Notes: generated by a model from the letters alone, not told the origin. A DNA stretch of 60,238 bases from Candidatus Nanoarchaeia archaeon (GCA_035290865.1 DATDTM010000027.1:1-60238); one strand, 5' to 3'. Counted from the first letter of the stretch, positions 8,715 to 19,231 are shown. A program made the numbers and translations.

Positions 8715-9749
8715 ATGGGCTTGCAATTCAAAGACTTAGTGGTTAAGAAAGAAATCAGCATTAAAGAGCTGAAAGGAAAAGTTCTGGCAATAGATTCGAT
8801 GAACTTATTATACCAATTCTTAACTACGATCAGAAGTGCGGATGGCTCTCCCTTAACTGATTCCAAAGGCAGAATTACTTCTCATCTGATTGGGTTGTTC
8901 AGCAGAACTACTTCTTTGATGGAAGAGGGCTTGAAATTAGTTTTTGTCTTTGATGGCAAAGCTCCGGAAATCAAACTGAAAACCTGGGAAAAAAGAAGCG
9001 AAGTTAAGAGAGAGGCAGCCCTGAAATTAAAAGAAGCGGAAAAGTTAGGTGACCTGGAAGCAATGAAAAAATTTTCTTCTCGAACTGCAGTTCTTAGCAA
9101 AGAGATGTTAGAAGAAGCTAAAGAAGTTATTCGTGCTCTGGGCCTGCCTATAGTTCAGGCACCCTCGGAAGGTGAAGCACAGGCAGCTTATCTGGCCAGA
9201 AAAGGGGATGCTTATGCTTCCGTCTCTCAAGATTATGATAATTTAATCTTTAATTCTCCTCGTTTAATCAGAAATTTATCTATCGAAGGTAGAAGAAAAA
9301 AAGCAGGCAAGTTAGGCTATGAAAAAGTCAATCCGGAGATGATTGAATTAAGAGAAGTGCTGATTAATTTAGGGATCAATCTAGACCAGCTGATCGTTCT
9401 GGCAATCTTAATGGGTACGGATTATGATCCGGGCGGAATTAAAGGCATCGGGCCGAAAACGGCTTTGAAGATGGTAAAAGAGACTAGTGATTTCAAAGCT
9501 ATTTTTGAGAAAGCGGAATGGAATAAGCATTATCCGGATTTAGGCTGGGAAGAAATATTTGATACCATCAAAAAGATTAAGATTACTGATGATTATAAGT
9601 TAGAATGGAAAGCGATTGATGAGATCAAACTGCTTCATCTTTTGGTTGAAGAGCATAACTTTTCTGAGGAAAGAGTTCGGGGCAAGATTGAAAAATTAAA
9701 AGAGATAAAAAAAGAATTAGGCCAGAAAGGCCTGGGAAGCTTTATTTAG
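8715..9749 (+). CDS. fen: Flap endonuclease 1
   Basis: MGLQFKDLV start (ATG 8715), AIDSMNLLYQFL, FVFDGKAP, APSEGEAQAAYL, SQDYD, GTDYDPGGIKGIGPKTA. Confidence 0.96.
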   Translation: MGLQFKDLVVKKEISIKELKGKVLAIDSMNLLYQFLTTIRSADGSPLTDSKGRITSHLIGLFSRTTSLMEEGLKLVFVFDGKAPEIKLKTWEKRSEVKREAALKLKEAEKLGDLEAMKKFSSRTAVLSKEMLEEAKEVIRALGLPIVQAPSEGEAQAAYLARKGDAYASVSQDYDNLIFNSPRLIRNLSIEGRRKKAGKLGYEKVNPEMIELREVLINLGINLDQLIVLAILMGTDYDPGGIKGIGPKTALKMVKETSDFKAIFEKAEWNKHYPDLGWEEIFDTIKKIKITDDYKLEWKAIDEIKLLHLLVEEHNFSEERVRGKIEKLKEIKKELGQKGLGSFI

Positions 9750-9764
9750 GTCCTTTATGACAGT

Positions 9765-10190
9765 TTATTTCTTCCCTTTGGTTGACTTTAGGGATGCTTT
9801 TCCCGGATTCTTCATTTTTGGCTTACTTTTTAAATTACCGGCTAAAGTTCCGATAATCATTACTTCCAAATAGCCTGCCCAGAGCCACCAGCTGGAATAA
9901 AATAAAGCGTAATCTTTTACAAATAAAGGGATGGTGATGATCAAATCCAGAACCGTACCGATGATCAAGAAATAAATTCCAGCTAGGAAACCAGTTTTAG
10001 CTGAAGCGGTGGTGCTCTTAAAGTATTTGACAAAGCAGAATAGAGCTAATAAAGGCAGGATGACTAGATGAAAAATATTTTGGGTTAGTACAGACAATCC
10101 TGGAATAAACATAATGATAGACACTTCCATGAAGATTAATATCCAGAGCAAAGTTCCGTAGCTTAAAATCGATTTCCAATTTTTCAACAT
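9765..10190 (-). CDS. Small membrane protein (about 4 TM)
   Basis: Hydrophobic segments with a basic tail. Confidence 0.65.
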   Translation of the reverse strand: MLKNWKSILSYGTLLWILIFMEVSIIMFIPGLSVLTQNIFHLVILPLLALFCFVKYFKSTTASAKTGFLAGIYFLIIGTVLDLIITIPLFVKDYALFYSSWWLWAGYLEVMIIGTLAGNLKSKPKMKNPGKASLKSTKGKK

Positions 10191-10270
10191 TTTTAATTCA
10201 CCTCATATTTAATTATTTAATCAGAGAAATGAAGATACTTTTATAAACTTTTATTCTTTTATTTTAATTC

Positions 10271-11290
10271 ATGCTGGCAGCAAAAACAGAATTAAAGAAA
10301 GCCCAAACTTTAAAAGAATTCTTAGCTAAGAGGAAATTGATTAGTCCTGATTATCTTCCGGTGAAAGAATTTGGTTTTATTTATTTTCCCATCCTGAAGA
10401 AAATGAGGATGGCTGGAGCTGAGATAATAAATACTAAATTTTCTTTTCCAGCAAAAGAAAAACAGTTAGGAGTAGAAGAATTATTGCAGGGAAAATTAAC
10501 TGCTTCAGAATTTGGATCTTTACCGAGATCACAAGAGATAGTGGGTAAGATCATGATCTTAGAAATACCCTTGGACTTACAAAAGAAAGAGCGGGTTATC
10601 GCTGAAGCTTACCTGAAAGCGAATAAATATATCGAGACAGTAGTAAGAAAAGAAGAGATGCATAGCGGAGAATTCCGCCTGCGCAAGGTCAAAATCCTGA
10701 CGGGAAAGAAAAGCAAAGAGACTATCCATCAGGAAAGCGGGATCAAATTAAAATTAGATTTAGAGAAAACTTATTTTTCGGCTAGGTCTGGCCATGAGCG
10801 GTTAAGGGTTGCAGAACAGGTGAAAAAAGGAGAAGTGGTCTTGGTAATGTTTTCCGGGGCTGGGCCTTATCCTTTAGTTATAGCTAAGAATTCACCTGCG
10901 AAAATGGTTTATGGCATTGAGATTAATCCCTTCGCGCATCAATATGCAGTTGAAAATGTAGCTTTAAATAATCTCGACGGGAAGATTAATCTTTATTTAG
11001 GGGATGTAGGTAAGGTCATGCCTAAGATGGATTTAAAGTTCGATCGTATAGTGATGCCCCTGCCGAAAACTGGAGAGGAATACTTACCTTTAGCTCTGAC
11101 TAAGATCCAGAAAAAGGGAACAGTTCACCTGTATGCTTTTTTAAGCGAAGAGGAGATTAAAGCCGAGAAAGTTAAGATTAGAAAGATTATTCAAGCGGGG
11201 GAAAAAATGGTGCAGTTCTTAAAAGTAGTCAAATGCGGGCAGTTTGCTCCCTCGATTTTCAGGGTTTGTTTTGATCTGAGGATAGTTTAA
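10271..11290 (+). CDS. Trm5/Tyw2-family tRNA methyltransferase
   Basis: GKIMILEI, ETIHQESGIKLKLDLEKTYFSAR, VMFSGAGPY, DRIVMPLP. Confidence 0.85.
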   Translation: MLAAKTELKKAQTLKEFLAKRKLISPDYLPVKEFGFIYFPILKKMRMAGAEIINTKFSFPAKEKQLGVEELLQGKLTASEFGSLPRSQEIVGKIMILEIPLDLQKKERVIAEAYLKANKYIETVVRKEEMHSGEFRLRKVKILTGKKSKETIHQESGIKLKLDLEKTYFSARSGHERLRVAEQVKKGEVVLVMFSGAGPYPLVIAKNSPAKMVYGIEINPFAHQYAVENVALNNLDGKINLYLGDVGKVMPKMDLKFDRIVMPLPKTGEEYLPLALTKIQKKGTVHLYAFLSEEEIKAEKVKIRKIIQAGEKMVQFLKVVKCGQFAPSIFRVCFDLRIV

Positions 11291-11347
11291 GTTTAATTCT
11301 AAAAAAAGATTGAAGAAAGATAGAAAAAATAAGAAAATCAGAACTTT

Positions 11348-11632
11348 TTATTCTTCAGCTTCCTGCTCATCATCTTCTTGGTGCTTAGATGGTTTTTTTC
11401 CTCGGGGTGCTTCGCTGGCTCCGCCCATCTCAGAAGCTTTCTGAAGCAAGGTTACTTTTTCTGCTTTCAAGCCTTTATCCCCTTCTACTGGTTCAAAAGA
11501 GACCTTATCATTATCACGTAAAAAGGTGCCTTGTGCTAATCCGGTAAAGTGGACAAAATAATCTTTGCTGTCTTCACCATTGATAAAACCAAACCCTTTC
11601 TTCCGGTTAAAAAACTTTACTGTTCCTTCCAT
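11348..11632 (-). CDS. Cold-shock domain protein with acidic tail
   Basis: MEGTVKFFNRKKGFGFI (RNP1), DYFVHFTGL (RNP2); SD GGAGGGTG; start at 11632. Confidence 0.92.
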   Translation of the reverse strand: MEGTVKFFNRKKGFGFINGEDSKDYFVHFTGLAQGTFLRDNDKVSFEPVEGDKGLKAEKVTLLQKASEMGGASEAPRGKKPSKHQEDDEQEAEE

Positions 11633-11795
11633 TTTCACCCTCCAAACAAGAATACTCTTATGGTACTCTAGATGTTCTTACTTGGGCTAAAAAATAAAGA
11701 TTATTTATAAACTTTCTGATGGTTTTGAATGCAGATCTTTCAGGTAAGTTTTATAAGCTGGGAAAATAATTATGCTTAATATCACTGAGTGGAAA

Positions 11796-11856
11796 GCGCG
11801 ATGATTAGGTGAACACCATAGGTTCCTAATACCTTACGGAAGTAACTGCTGAGCGC
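11796..11856 (+). ncRNA. Candidate K-turn / box C-D-like small RNA or structured leader
   Basis: GCGC-G-ATGATTA (C-like, 11801-11807) ... CTGA (D, 11849-11852)-GCGC; internal stem ATTAGG/CCTAAT and TTAC-GGAA-GTAA GNRA hairpin; TATA-like TTTTATAA about 40 nt upstream. Confidence 0.4.
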
Positions 11857-11870
11857 CCATAAAAGTAAAA

Positions 11871-12533
11871 ATGAAATTAACTAAATTTCCTCAATCTTGT
11901 ATTTTGATTGAAACCACGGGAAAGAGGATCCTTGTAGATCCGGGTTACCTCCAATATGATTCTTCCTGGCTGAATCGAGAATGGGCCAAGATTGATCTAA
12001 TCTTAATCACTCATAAACATAAAGATCATTGCCATGTTGAGGCGATAAAAGAAATCTTAAAGAATAAAACTACTTTAATTTATACAAGCAAAGAAGTTGC
12101 AGAAACTTATCCTGAACTTGCTGTAAAAACCATCAAATCTGGAGAAAGTTTAACTTTTGGGGGAATAAAGATAGATGCAGTAAAAGCAGTTCATGGCTAT
12201 TTGCCTCTTCTGAAAGGGGGAAATGAAATCAAAGAGAATATGGGTTTCATTCTTGCGGATGGAAAGAAAAAAGTTTATCTTACCGGAGATACGCTCTGTT
12301 TTGAAAATGGGTTTAGTGTTGATCTGATCTTTTTACCCGTATGTAATCATGGTTTAGTGATGGGTGTATTTGAAGCAGCTTTATTTGCAAAAGAAACCGG
12401 GGCAAAGACGGTTATTCCATATCATTATGATAATCCTAAATATCCGGTGGATTTAGAAGAAGTAAAAAGAGAGTTTGAAAAACAAAATCTGAATTGTAAA
12501 ATTTTAGTCATAGGAGAAACTATTACGGTTTAA
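11871..12533 (+). CDS. Metallo-beta-lactamase-fold hydrolase (UlaG/YtkL-like)
   Basis: LVDPG, ITHKHKDH, AVH, TGDT, IPYHY. Confidence 0.88.
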   Translation: MKLTKFPQSCILIETTGKRILVDPGYLQYDSSWLNREWAKIDLILITHKHKDHCHVEAIKEILKNKTTLIYTSKEVAETYPELAVKTIKSGESLTFGGIKIDAVKAVHGYLPLLKGGNEIKENMGFILADGKKKVYLTGDTLCFENGFSVDLIFLPVCNHGLVMGVFEAALFAKETGAKTVIPYHYDNPKYPVDLEEVKREFEKQNLNCKILVIGETITV

Positions 12534-13777
12534 CCATAAAACCCTTTCTGCAGATCTTCTTCCTCTTCTATTCTAACTTTTTCTATTGCAGCTAAGAAAT
12601 CTTCCTGGGTGACATGATCGCGATTTTCTCTGATGGCGAAATAACCAGCTTCAGTACAGGCAGCCCGAATCTCTGCACCAGAAAAGTCAGTCATAGTTTC
12701 AGATAATTCTTTCAGCTTGACTTTCTGGAGATTCATTTCTTTACTATGAACCTTAAGGATTTCCATTCTGCCCTTCTCATCCGGCAAACCTACCTCGATG
12801 AGACGGTCTAATCTTCCCGGACGGATAATGGCCTGATCAAGAATATCAATGCGATTAGTAGCTCCGATGATCTTGACATTATCCAGATTATTAAAGCCGT
12901 CAAGTTCAGCTAATAATTGCATGAAAGTACGATTAACTTCTCTCTCTCCAGAGGTTCCGTTTTCCATCCTGACTGAGGCAATGGCATCAATCTCATCAAT
13001 GAATACTATGGAAGGAGCTTTAGCTTTAGCCAGGTTAAACATCTCTTTAACCAATTTTGCGCCCTCGCCGATAAATTTTTGGACCAATTCTGAGCCGACC
13101 ACTTCAATGAAAGTAGCTTGGGTACTGTTAGCTACGGCTTTGGCCAATAGAGTTTTACCAGTTCCTGGCGGTCCATATAATAATACCCCTTTAGGAGGCT
13201 TAATCCCAATTTTCTTGAACAGTTCTGGTTTCTTTAAAGGCAATTCAATTACTTCTTTTACTTCCCTAATTTCTTTCTCTAATCCTCCGATCTCTTTCCA
13301 GCTTTCTTTAGGTTTGTCTACAATGACAAATTTTTCAACATCTAATTCATCGCAAACTTCAATTTTTTCTACTACATTAAGGGATTTTTGGTCTACTAAA
13401 ACCGTATCCCCTGGTTTTAAACCTTTAATCTCTACGGAAACATGGCTGTAAAACTTGTTGCCGTTAGGCAATTTTACGATGGCTTTATTCTTAGGAAAAA
13501 TAGTGCCTACCTCTCCAACCAATAAAGAAGGTTTTTTGAGGCTTTCCAGCTCACCACTGGCCTTAGCGAACATATCTTTTAATAGAGCGGCTTCATCTTG
13601 GGCTTGTTTTAAGCCTAAATAAGCGGTCCTATTTTCCTCTTCGAGCTGGTTTAATTCATCTTGGAGAACTTTATTCTCAGATTCTAAATCTAAAGGCTCA
13701 AAAGTCTCGGAATAGACAATTTTCTTATCAGATTCTTCTTTAGCAGGACTTGTAGGAAGATCAGTTATATCAGTCAT
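12530..13777 (-). CDS. pan: Proteasome-activating nucleotidase
   Basis: N-terminal coiled coil and OB domain, GPPGTGKT, IFIDEID, IRPGRLDR, C-terminal HbYX (FYG). Confidence 0.95.
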   Translation of the reverse strand: MTDITDLPTSPAKEESDKKIVYSETFEPLDLESENKVLQDELNQLEEENRTAYLGLKQAQDEAALLKDMFAKASGELESLKKPSLLVGEVGTIFPKNKAIVKLPNGNKFYSHVSVEIKGLKPGDTVLVDQKSLNVVEKIEVCDELDVEKFVIVDKPKESWKEIGGLEKEIREVKEVIELPLKKPELFKKIGIKPPKGVLLYGPPGTGKTLLAKAVANSTQATFIEVVGSELVQKFIGEGAKLVKEMFNLAKAKAPSIVFIDEIDAIASVRMENGTSGEREVNRTFMQLLAELDGFNNLDNVKIIGATNRIDILDQAIIRPGRLDRLIEVGLPDEKGRMEILKVHSKEMNLQKVKLKELSETMTDFSGAEIRAACTEAGYFAIRENRDHVTQEDFLAAIEKVRIEEEEDLQKGFYG

Positions 13778-13868
13778 AATCTTATATAATATAGACTGTA
13801 TTTTTAAAGGTTTTTGAGGAAATTAGGGGGTTGGGACTAGCTTCTCTTCAGAGATCTTTAAAGAATTT

Positions 13869-15827
13869 TTAATAAAACAACCCTACAAAACTGTTAAACC
13901 ATAATTCTATCTTACCTGCGAACCCGAAAGCTTCTCCAGGAACCATAACCTCTTCTTTAGAAGAATAGAGATTGCCGTTCTTATCTTTCCATAAAGCAGT
14001 AATCTTAAACTCATTCTTTTTAGCTACTCTTCCTTGATCAATAAGTAAGGTTACTTCTTCCAATTCAGTTAATTCGTTAAGTTCTATCTTATTTTCCATG
14101 TCCATCCCTTCCACGGTAACGATAACCTCTTCCGGAGCAGTATAAGATTTCTTATCCAGACTTAATTTTACTGGGAAAGTCTGGTCAAGCTGGATGGTCT
14201 TGGGAAATACAGTTTTTACTTCTAATTTAGGATCATCATAGACTAAAAATTCCAAAGAGGATTTCTTTTCTATTTCTGGACTGTCCGCAGTAACTAAAAC
14301 TTTATTCCATCCAGTCTTTTCTGCTTTTACGGTAATTTCAGTACTTTTCTTCTGGTTGATGGGCAGATCAACTTTTTCACAGATATCGCCGAGACAAAAA
14401 TTAACCTGATCGAGATTAGTATTACCCAGATTCTTTAAACTGCATTCTATCTTTGATTGTTGACTAAGCTTAATCTCTTTCGCGTAATTGCAGGTAAATG
14501 AAACTTTGACTGAATAACTTTTTTCTTCATTAGTTACAGTTAATTTCTGGATATCTTCTTGAGAATAAAAGCTCTTTCCACTCTGAGCAATAAAAGAGTC
14601 AGTTACAGTAGTGTTCTTTTCAGAGTAGACTAAAGTTGGAAATTGGTACCAAGAATCTGAGTTAAGATTTTCAGGGATTTTAATCATCCAGAAGGTTTCT
14701 TTAACTTGTTTTGGACCGAGTAGGATGGTTCTTTTGTTTCTCCCTTCGATTTTAATCTCTTCGGGAATAGCCAGCTGTAAAGTGGTAGCAGCATAATAAT
14801 CAGCTTCGTTCTTTAAAAGAACTTTAATTAGATTATAGCTGCCGAAATCTAATTCTTTAGCTAGAACCTCTTGGGCTAAACTGATTTCTTCCGCTAAGAT
14901 TGAGCCTTTACGGTTAAGCTTAAGATTAAAGTCTAGGTCGCTAAATTTTAATTCTACATTATTTGCCAGCCATTCGTATTTAGTGGCCGGTTCGCTGGGA
15001 TCAAAACCGTCTCGTAATTTAATATGGGTAGGATCGATATAACCATATTCTCCGAAAGCAATATCAAAACTGACCCAGCCTATTTCTGGGAAGTAAACTT
15101 CGGCCCAGCCATGAGGCTGCCAATTATCTGCAAATAGTTCTGAAGTAGTATACGATATTCCAGAAACGAATCTGGCGGGAATTCCTACGGCTCGGGCCAT
15201 GGCTACAAATAAAGAGGTCATCTCATCACAAACCCCTTCTTTATTCTCCAAAACCCAACTGGCTTTTTGGGAAGCGCTGGCAGTTAAAGTGTTTAAATCA
15301 TATTTAACATTTTCTTCTACCCAGCTGGCCAGCTTGAAAGCTACTTTGAAGGCATCGTCTTCTCCTTCAGCTAATTCTGTAGCTTGGGCAATAATGGTTG
15401 GGTCATCAGAATCAATCGTTTCAGTAGGCAGAATATATTTTTGGTATTGATCGATCCCCTTCAAGGGGAAAAGAACTTTAGTTTTGACTTCAGTGCGTTG
15501 GGAATTAGTCTCAATCAAAGAGGTATAACCAAAATTCTTTTTCTCTAAGATGGGATTGGTCCAAGAGAAAAAGACAACATGATCTTTAACTGTTCCTCCA
15601 GTGCCGAACTTTAACAATTTTTGGCGGTAATCTTCTTGAGGATATAATAATAATTCTGCGCTGACTTCTTTTACGGTTGCGGAGGGGCCAGTAGAGATTA
15701 GGGCGAATCCGCCATCTACGTTTAACCCTATTCTTAACGAATCGTATTGGTAGAGATTTTCTTCTGCGGAAATAAATGGAATGAGCAATAAGCTAATGAG
15801 ACTTAGTAATACAATTTTATATACCAT
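13869..15827 (-). CDS. Secreted/surface transglutaminase-like protein
   Basis: Signal peptide; GVCDE (Cys), PHGWAEVY (His), WVSFD (Asp); beta-rich C-terminal domains. Confidence 0.85.
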   Translation of the reverse strand: MVYKIVLLSLISLLLIPFISAEENLYQYDSLRIGLNVDGGFALISTGPSATVKEVSAELLLYPQEDYRQKLLKFGTGGTVKDHVVFFSWTNPILEKKNFGYTSLIETNSQRTEVKTKVLFPLKGIDQYQKYILPTETIDSDDPTIIAQATELAEGEDDAFKVAFKLASWVEENVKYDLNTLTASASQKASWVLENKEGVCDEMTSLFVAMARAVGIPARFVSGISYTTSELFADNWQPHGWAEVYFPEIGWVSFDIAFGEYGYIDPTHIKLRDGFDPSEPATKYEWLANNVELKFSDLDFNLKLNRKGSILAEEISLAQEVLAKELDFGSYNLIKVLLKNEADYYAATTLQLAIPEEIKIEGRNKRTILLGPKQVKETFWMIKIPENLNSDSWYQFPTLVYSEKNTTVTDSFIAQSGKSFYSQEDIQKLTVTNEEKSYSVKVSFTCNYAKEIKLSQQSKIECSLKNLGNTNLDQVNFCLGDICEKVDLPINQKKSTEITVKAEKTGWNKVLVTADSPEIEKKSSLEFLVYDDPKLEVKTVFPKTIQLDQTFPVKLSLDKKSYTAPEEVIVTVEGMDMENKIELNELTELEEVTLLIDQGRVAKKNEFKITALWKDKNGNLYSSKEEVMVPGEAFGFAGKIELWFNSFVGLFY

Positions 15828-15905
15828 TCTTTTTTAATCCTGAGCGGTAGGGGGATATAAAGGTTTCTGAGATTAGGTTCCTCAAGAAGAGATTCAACAA
15901 AAAAA

Positions 15906-16442
15906 TTATTTTTGTAAATAAGATTTTCCGACTGTTCTAACCACTTCATATTGCTGGTCCAAAATGGGACTTCTTTCCTTAACCATCTCTAAAAATCTGA
16001 CTAATTTCTCCAGGGATTCTATGTTTTGATCTCCGATTACAAGTCCATATATAGAACGAGAATGGTACAGCTTGGGGAATATCTCAGAATAAGGGGTTAT
16101 TTCTTCAAATGCGCCTGATCTATTTGAGGCTAGTAATCTAAATCCAAATTTGGTGGCATGTTCTTTTGCAATATCTAAATAAACATCAACAGCGTCATAA
16201 AATGTTCTGAGAGTGTTAATGTAGTCAAAAGTGTTCTCCAAAGTGGAAACATTAAACTTATCTTCGAACAAAATAAATCCAATTCCTCCGGATCTACCAA
16301 TAGGAATCTTCCGAGATAAATCTTTTAAACCCAATTGAGGTATAAGTTGCTCTAAATTCCCTCGCAGAATAGCGGGATGATTAAAATCAATTTGAGGATT
16401 CATATTCATTTTAAATGTTCTACATTTATAAACTTTGTCCAA
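15906..16442 (-). CDS. Hypothetical protein
   Basis: 178-aa ORF, no motif recognised; start uncertain. Confidence 0.55.
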   Translation of the reverse strand: MDKVYKCRTFKMNMNPQIDFNHPAILRGNLEQLIPQLGLKDLSRKIPIGRSGGIGFILFEDKFNVSTLENTFDYINTLRTFYDAVDVYLDIAKEHATKFGFRLLASNRSGAFEEITPYSEIFPKLYHSRSIYGLVIGDQNIESLEKLVRFLEMVKERSPILDQQYEVVRTVGKSYLQK

Positions 16443-16510
16443 TTAACTTCTTTAAAGTAGCAATTTAAACAAAGAAAAGATTATTAAACCATTTCTAATT
16501 CATCCAATAA

Positions 16511-17128
16511 ATGGAAAGAGGAATAGCTTTGCTGTCAGGAGGAATAGATTCTCCAGTAGCGATCAATCTGATGCAAAATCGTTTAGAGATTATTGCAGTG
16601 CATTTCCATCAAGTTCCTCTTACTGGCGAAGAAGAGTTAGTTAAAGTAAAAAAACTCTGCAAGATTCTTAGTTTGAATAAATTATATCTTATTCCTTTTG
16701 CGGAAGTGCTCAAAGAGCTTACAATAAAATGCGAACATAAAAATTATTTCATCTTACAAAAGATTCTAATGATGAAGACAGCGGAATTAATCGCGGAAAA
16801 AGAAAAGGCCAGGTATTTGATTACTGGGGAGAATTTAGCTCAGGTTTCCAGCCAAACCTTAAGCAATCTGATGGTGATTACTAAAAACATTAAATTGGAG
16901 ATATTTCGTCCGGTATTGGCTTATGATAAGCAGGAGATAATTAAGTTAGCGAAAAAGATCGGCACTTACGAAACTTCCAAAGGGCCGGAAATCTGCTGTT
17001 TGCTGGGGCCGAAACATCCGGAAACCAAAGCGGATCTGGAGATGATTAAACTGGAATTGGAAAAGCTAGATCTAGAGGGGTTGGTGAAGGAAAGTTTAAA
17101 TAGAGCGGAAGTGGTTAAGTTGGGATAG
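16511..17128 (+). CDS. ThiI-like PP-loop sulfurtransferase lacking the N-terminal THUMP region
   Basis: ALLSGGIDSPVA PP-loop, ITGENLAQVSSQTLSN, FRPVLAYDKQEII, IGTYETS; only 205 aa. Confidence 0.8.
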   Translation: MERGIALLSGGIDSPVAINLMQNRLEIIAVHFHQVPLTGEEELVKVKKLCKILSLNKLYLIPFAEVLKELTIKCEHKNYFILQKILMMKTAELIAEKEKARYLITGENLAQVSSQTLSNLMVITKNIKLEIFRPVLAYDKQEIIKLAKKIGTYETSKGPEICCLLGPKHPETKADLEMIKLELEKLDLEGLVKESLNRAEVVKLG

Positions 17129-17137
17129 GATTCAAAA

Positions 17138-18541
17138 ATGGCCCTGCAATTATATAATACCTTAACCCGTAAAAAAGAAAAGTTTGTTCCGCTGAATAAG
17201 AAAGAGGTAGGGATGTATACCTGCGGGCCTACGGTTTATAATTATGCCCATATTGGTAATTTACGTACTTATATCTTTGAAGACCTTCTGAAAAGAACCT
17301 TAATCTTTAATAAATTTAAGGTTAAACAAGTGATGAATATTACGGATGTAGGTCATCTAACTTCTGATGCAGATGCAGGAGAAGATAAGATGCTTAAAGG
17401 AGCGAAAAGGGAAAAGAAAACTGTCTGGGAAATCGCAGATTTTTATATTAAAGCTTTTCAATCAGATCTGGAAAAGTTGAATATTCTTTCTCCGACTATC
17501 TGGTGTAAAGCTACTGCTCACATTAAAGAGCAGATTGAGTTAATCAAAAAGCTGGAGAAGAAAGGTTTTACTTATGCTGCTGGTGGAAATGTTTATTTCG
17601 ACACTTCTAAACTGGAAGATTATGGGAAATTAGCCCAGCTGGATTTGGAGGCGGAACAGAAAGCTAGAGTGGAGAAAGATCAGTTTAAGAAAAATCCGCA
17701 CGATTTTGTCTTATGGTTTACTAAATCAAAATTTTCTGAGCAGGAGATGAAATGGAATTCTCCTTGGGGTCTAGGCTATCCGGGTTGGCATCTTGAATGT
17801 TCAGCGATGAGCATGAAATATTTAGGAGAACAATTCGATCTGCATTGCGGAGGGATAGATCATATTTCAGTGCATCATACCAACGAAATTGCCCAGTCAG
17901 AGGTGGCTATAGGAAAGAAGCCCTGGGTGAAATATTGGATGCATGGAGAGTTTTTAATTATTTCTGGCGGAGAGAAGATGGCCAAGTCTGGGGAAAATTT
18001 CTTGACTTTATCTTTACTAGAAGAGAAAAACTATCCAACTTTAGCTTACCGATATTTTTGCTTGGGAACACATTATCGCAAACCATTAATGTTTAGTTTC
18101 GAAGCTCTAGAAGGAGCGAAGATTGCTTATCGTAGATTAACTGAGAAAGCAGTGGAATTAAGAAAAGCGGTTGGGGAGAAGAAAGAGAATAAAACCTTGC
18201 AAAACAAATTAGTTAAACAATTTACTGCTCAAATTAATGAGGATTTAAATCTGCCCCAAGCTTTGGCTACAACTTTAGAGATGCTTCATACAGAGAAATT
18301 AAGTGCTTTTGAAAAGTATCAATTATTGATAAAGTTTGATAAAGTATTAGGGCTGGGTTTGGAGAATTTTAAAGAAGAAAAAATGGTTATCCCTGCGGAG
18401 GTCTCTAAATTAGTCGAAGAACGTGAACTTGCCCGGAAGAATAAAGATTGGAAGAAAGCAGATGAATTGAGAGAAAGAATTCAGAAGTTAGGTTATATGA
18501 TCGGGGATACGAAAGAAGGGTATGTGGTTAGTAACGTCTGA
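17138..18541 (+). CDS. cysS: Cysteinyl-tRNA synthetase
   Basis: [33 protein letters not shown]. Confidence 0.97.
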   Translation: MALQLYNTLTRKKEKFVPLNKKEVGMYTCGPTVYNYAHIGNLRTYIFEDLLKRTLIFNKFKVKQVMNITDVGHLTSDADAGEDKMLKGAKREKKTVWEIADFYIKAFQSDLEKLNILSPTIWCKATAHIKEQIELIKKLEKKGFTYAAGGNVYFDTSKLEDYGKLAQLDLEAEQKARVEKDQFKKNPHDFVLWFTKSKFSEQEMKWNSPWGLGYPGWHLECSAMSMKYLGEQFDLHCGGIDHISVHHTNEIAQSEVAIGKKPWVKYWMHGEFLIISGGEKMAKSGENFLTLSLLEEKNYPTLAYRYFCLGTHYRKPLMFSFEALEGAKIAYRRLTEKAVELRKAVGEKKENKTLQNKLVKQFTAQINEDLNLPQALATTLEMLHTEKLSAFEKYQLLIKFDKVLGLGLENFKEEKMVIPAEVSKLVEERELARKNKDWKKADELRERIQKLGYMIGDTKEGYVVSNV

Positions 18542-18579
18542 TTTTTGAATAAGTTAAATCCACCAATAATTAGTATTAA

Positions 18580-18957
18580 TTATTCCGCATCTTCAGGCAG
18601 CCATTGGGGACAGAAATTACCTGTTTCTATAATTCTTACAATCCCGCCATCTTCAAAAGGAACTTTTTGGGGAATAGGCTCTTCTGCAGATATACCGAAG
18701 TATTTGTGAACATGCCCGTCAGCTGTATCCCCGCAGTGCGGAGCATCTTGGTTTCTGTAAAAGCAGGCATCACAAGTTGTTAATTTACCCATCCCATACG
18801 CTAAATCTTCTGGATTAGAATATAATACTCCATTCCTTAGGTAAGGTCTGCCATTTAGAGTACCGTCTTTAGGATTAAAACGTAGAGGAGATTCAGGCAT
18901 AACTTCTCCATCTATTGCTTTTGCGCGTACAGAAAGACATTGGATAGAATTTATCAT
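18580..18957 (-). CDS. Hypothetical Cys/His-containing protein
   Basis: 125-aa ORF with CDAC, HC and HVH clusters (possible metal site). Confidence 0.55.
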   Translation of the reverse strand: MINSIQCLSVRAKAIDGEVMPESPLRFNPKDGTLNGRPYLRNGVLYSNPEDLAYGMGKLTTCDACFYRNQDAPHCGDTADGHVHKYFGISAEEPIPQKVPFEDGGIVRIIETGNFCPQWLPEDAE

Positions 18958-19069
18958 AGATACTCCTAATCAGGGGTACTTTAAAAAGATATCTGTAAAT
19001 AAATTGAATTTAAGCTAAATAAAAATTATTTTGGAAAAACTAAAAGAAAAATAAAACAAGAAAAATTAC

Positions 19070-19231
19070 TTATTTTTTAGCAGCGCCAAGAATCCTGAAC
19101 ATGGTTGTGCCGCATTTGGGGCATTTGCCTTTCATTGCTTTCCTCTGCACTCCGCCTTTACCTTTCATGCCCACTTCTTTACCGTCAGCCATCATTCTTT
19201 TCGCTTTACACTTCACGCAATAAGCTTCCAT
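19070..19231 (-). CDS. DUF5679-like small zinc-ribbon protein (53 aa, missed by the ORF track)
   Basis: MEAYCVKCKAKRMM...KGKCPKCGTTMFRILGAAKK; SD GAGGTGG upstream. Confidence 0.85.
   Translation of the reverse strand: MEAYCVKCKAKRMMADGKEVGMKGKGGVQRKAMKGKCPKCGTTMFRILGAAKK

Noticed and set aside
12849-13451. 200-aa + strand ORF, and similar shadow ORFs (e.g. 190-555, 4741-5025, 20399-21660, 22356-22854, 29156-31040, 45569-45958, 59422-59781)
   Set aside because: Antisense or alternative-frame shadows of well-supported genes, with no motifs
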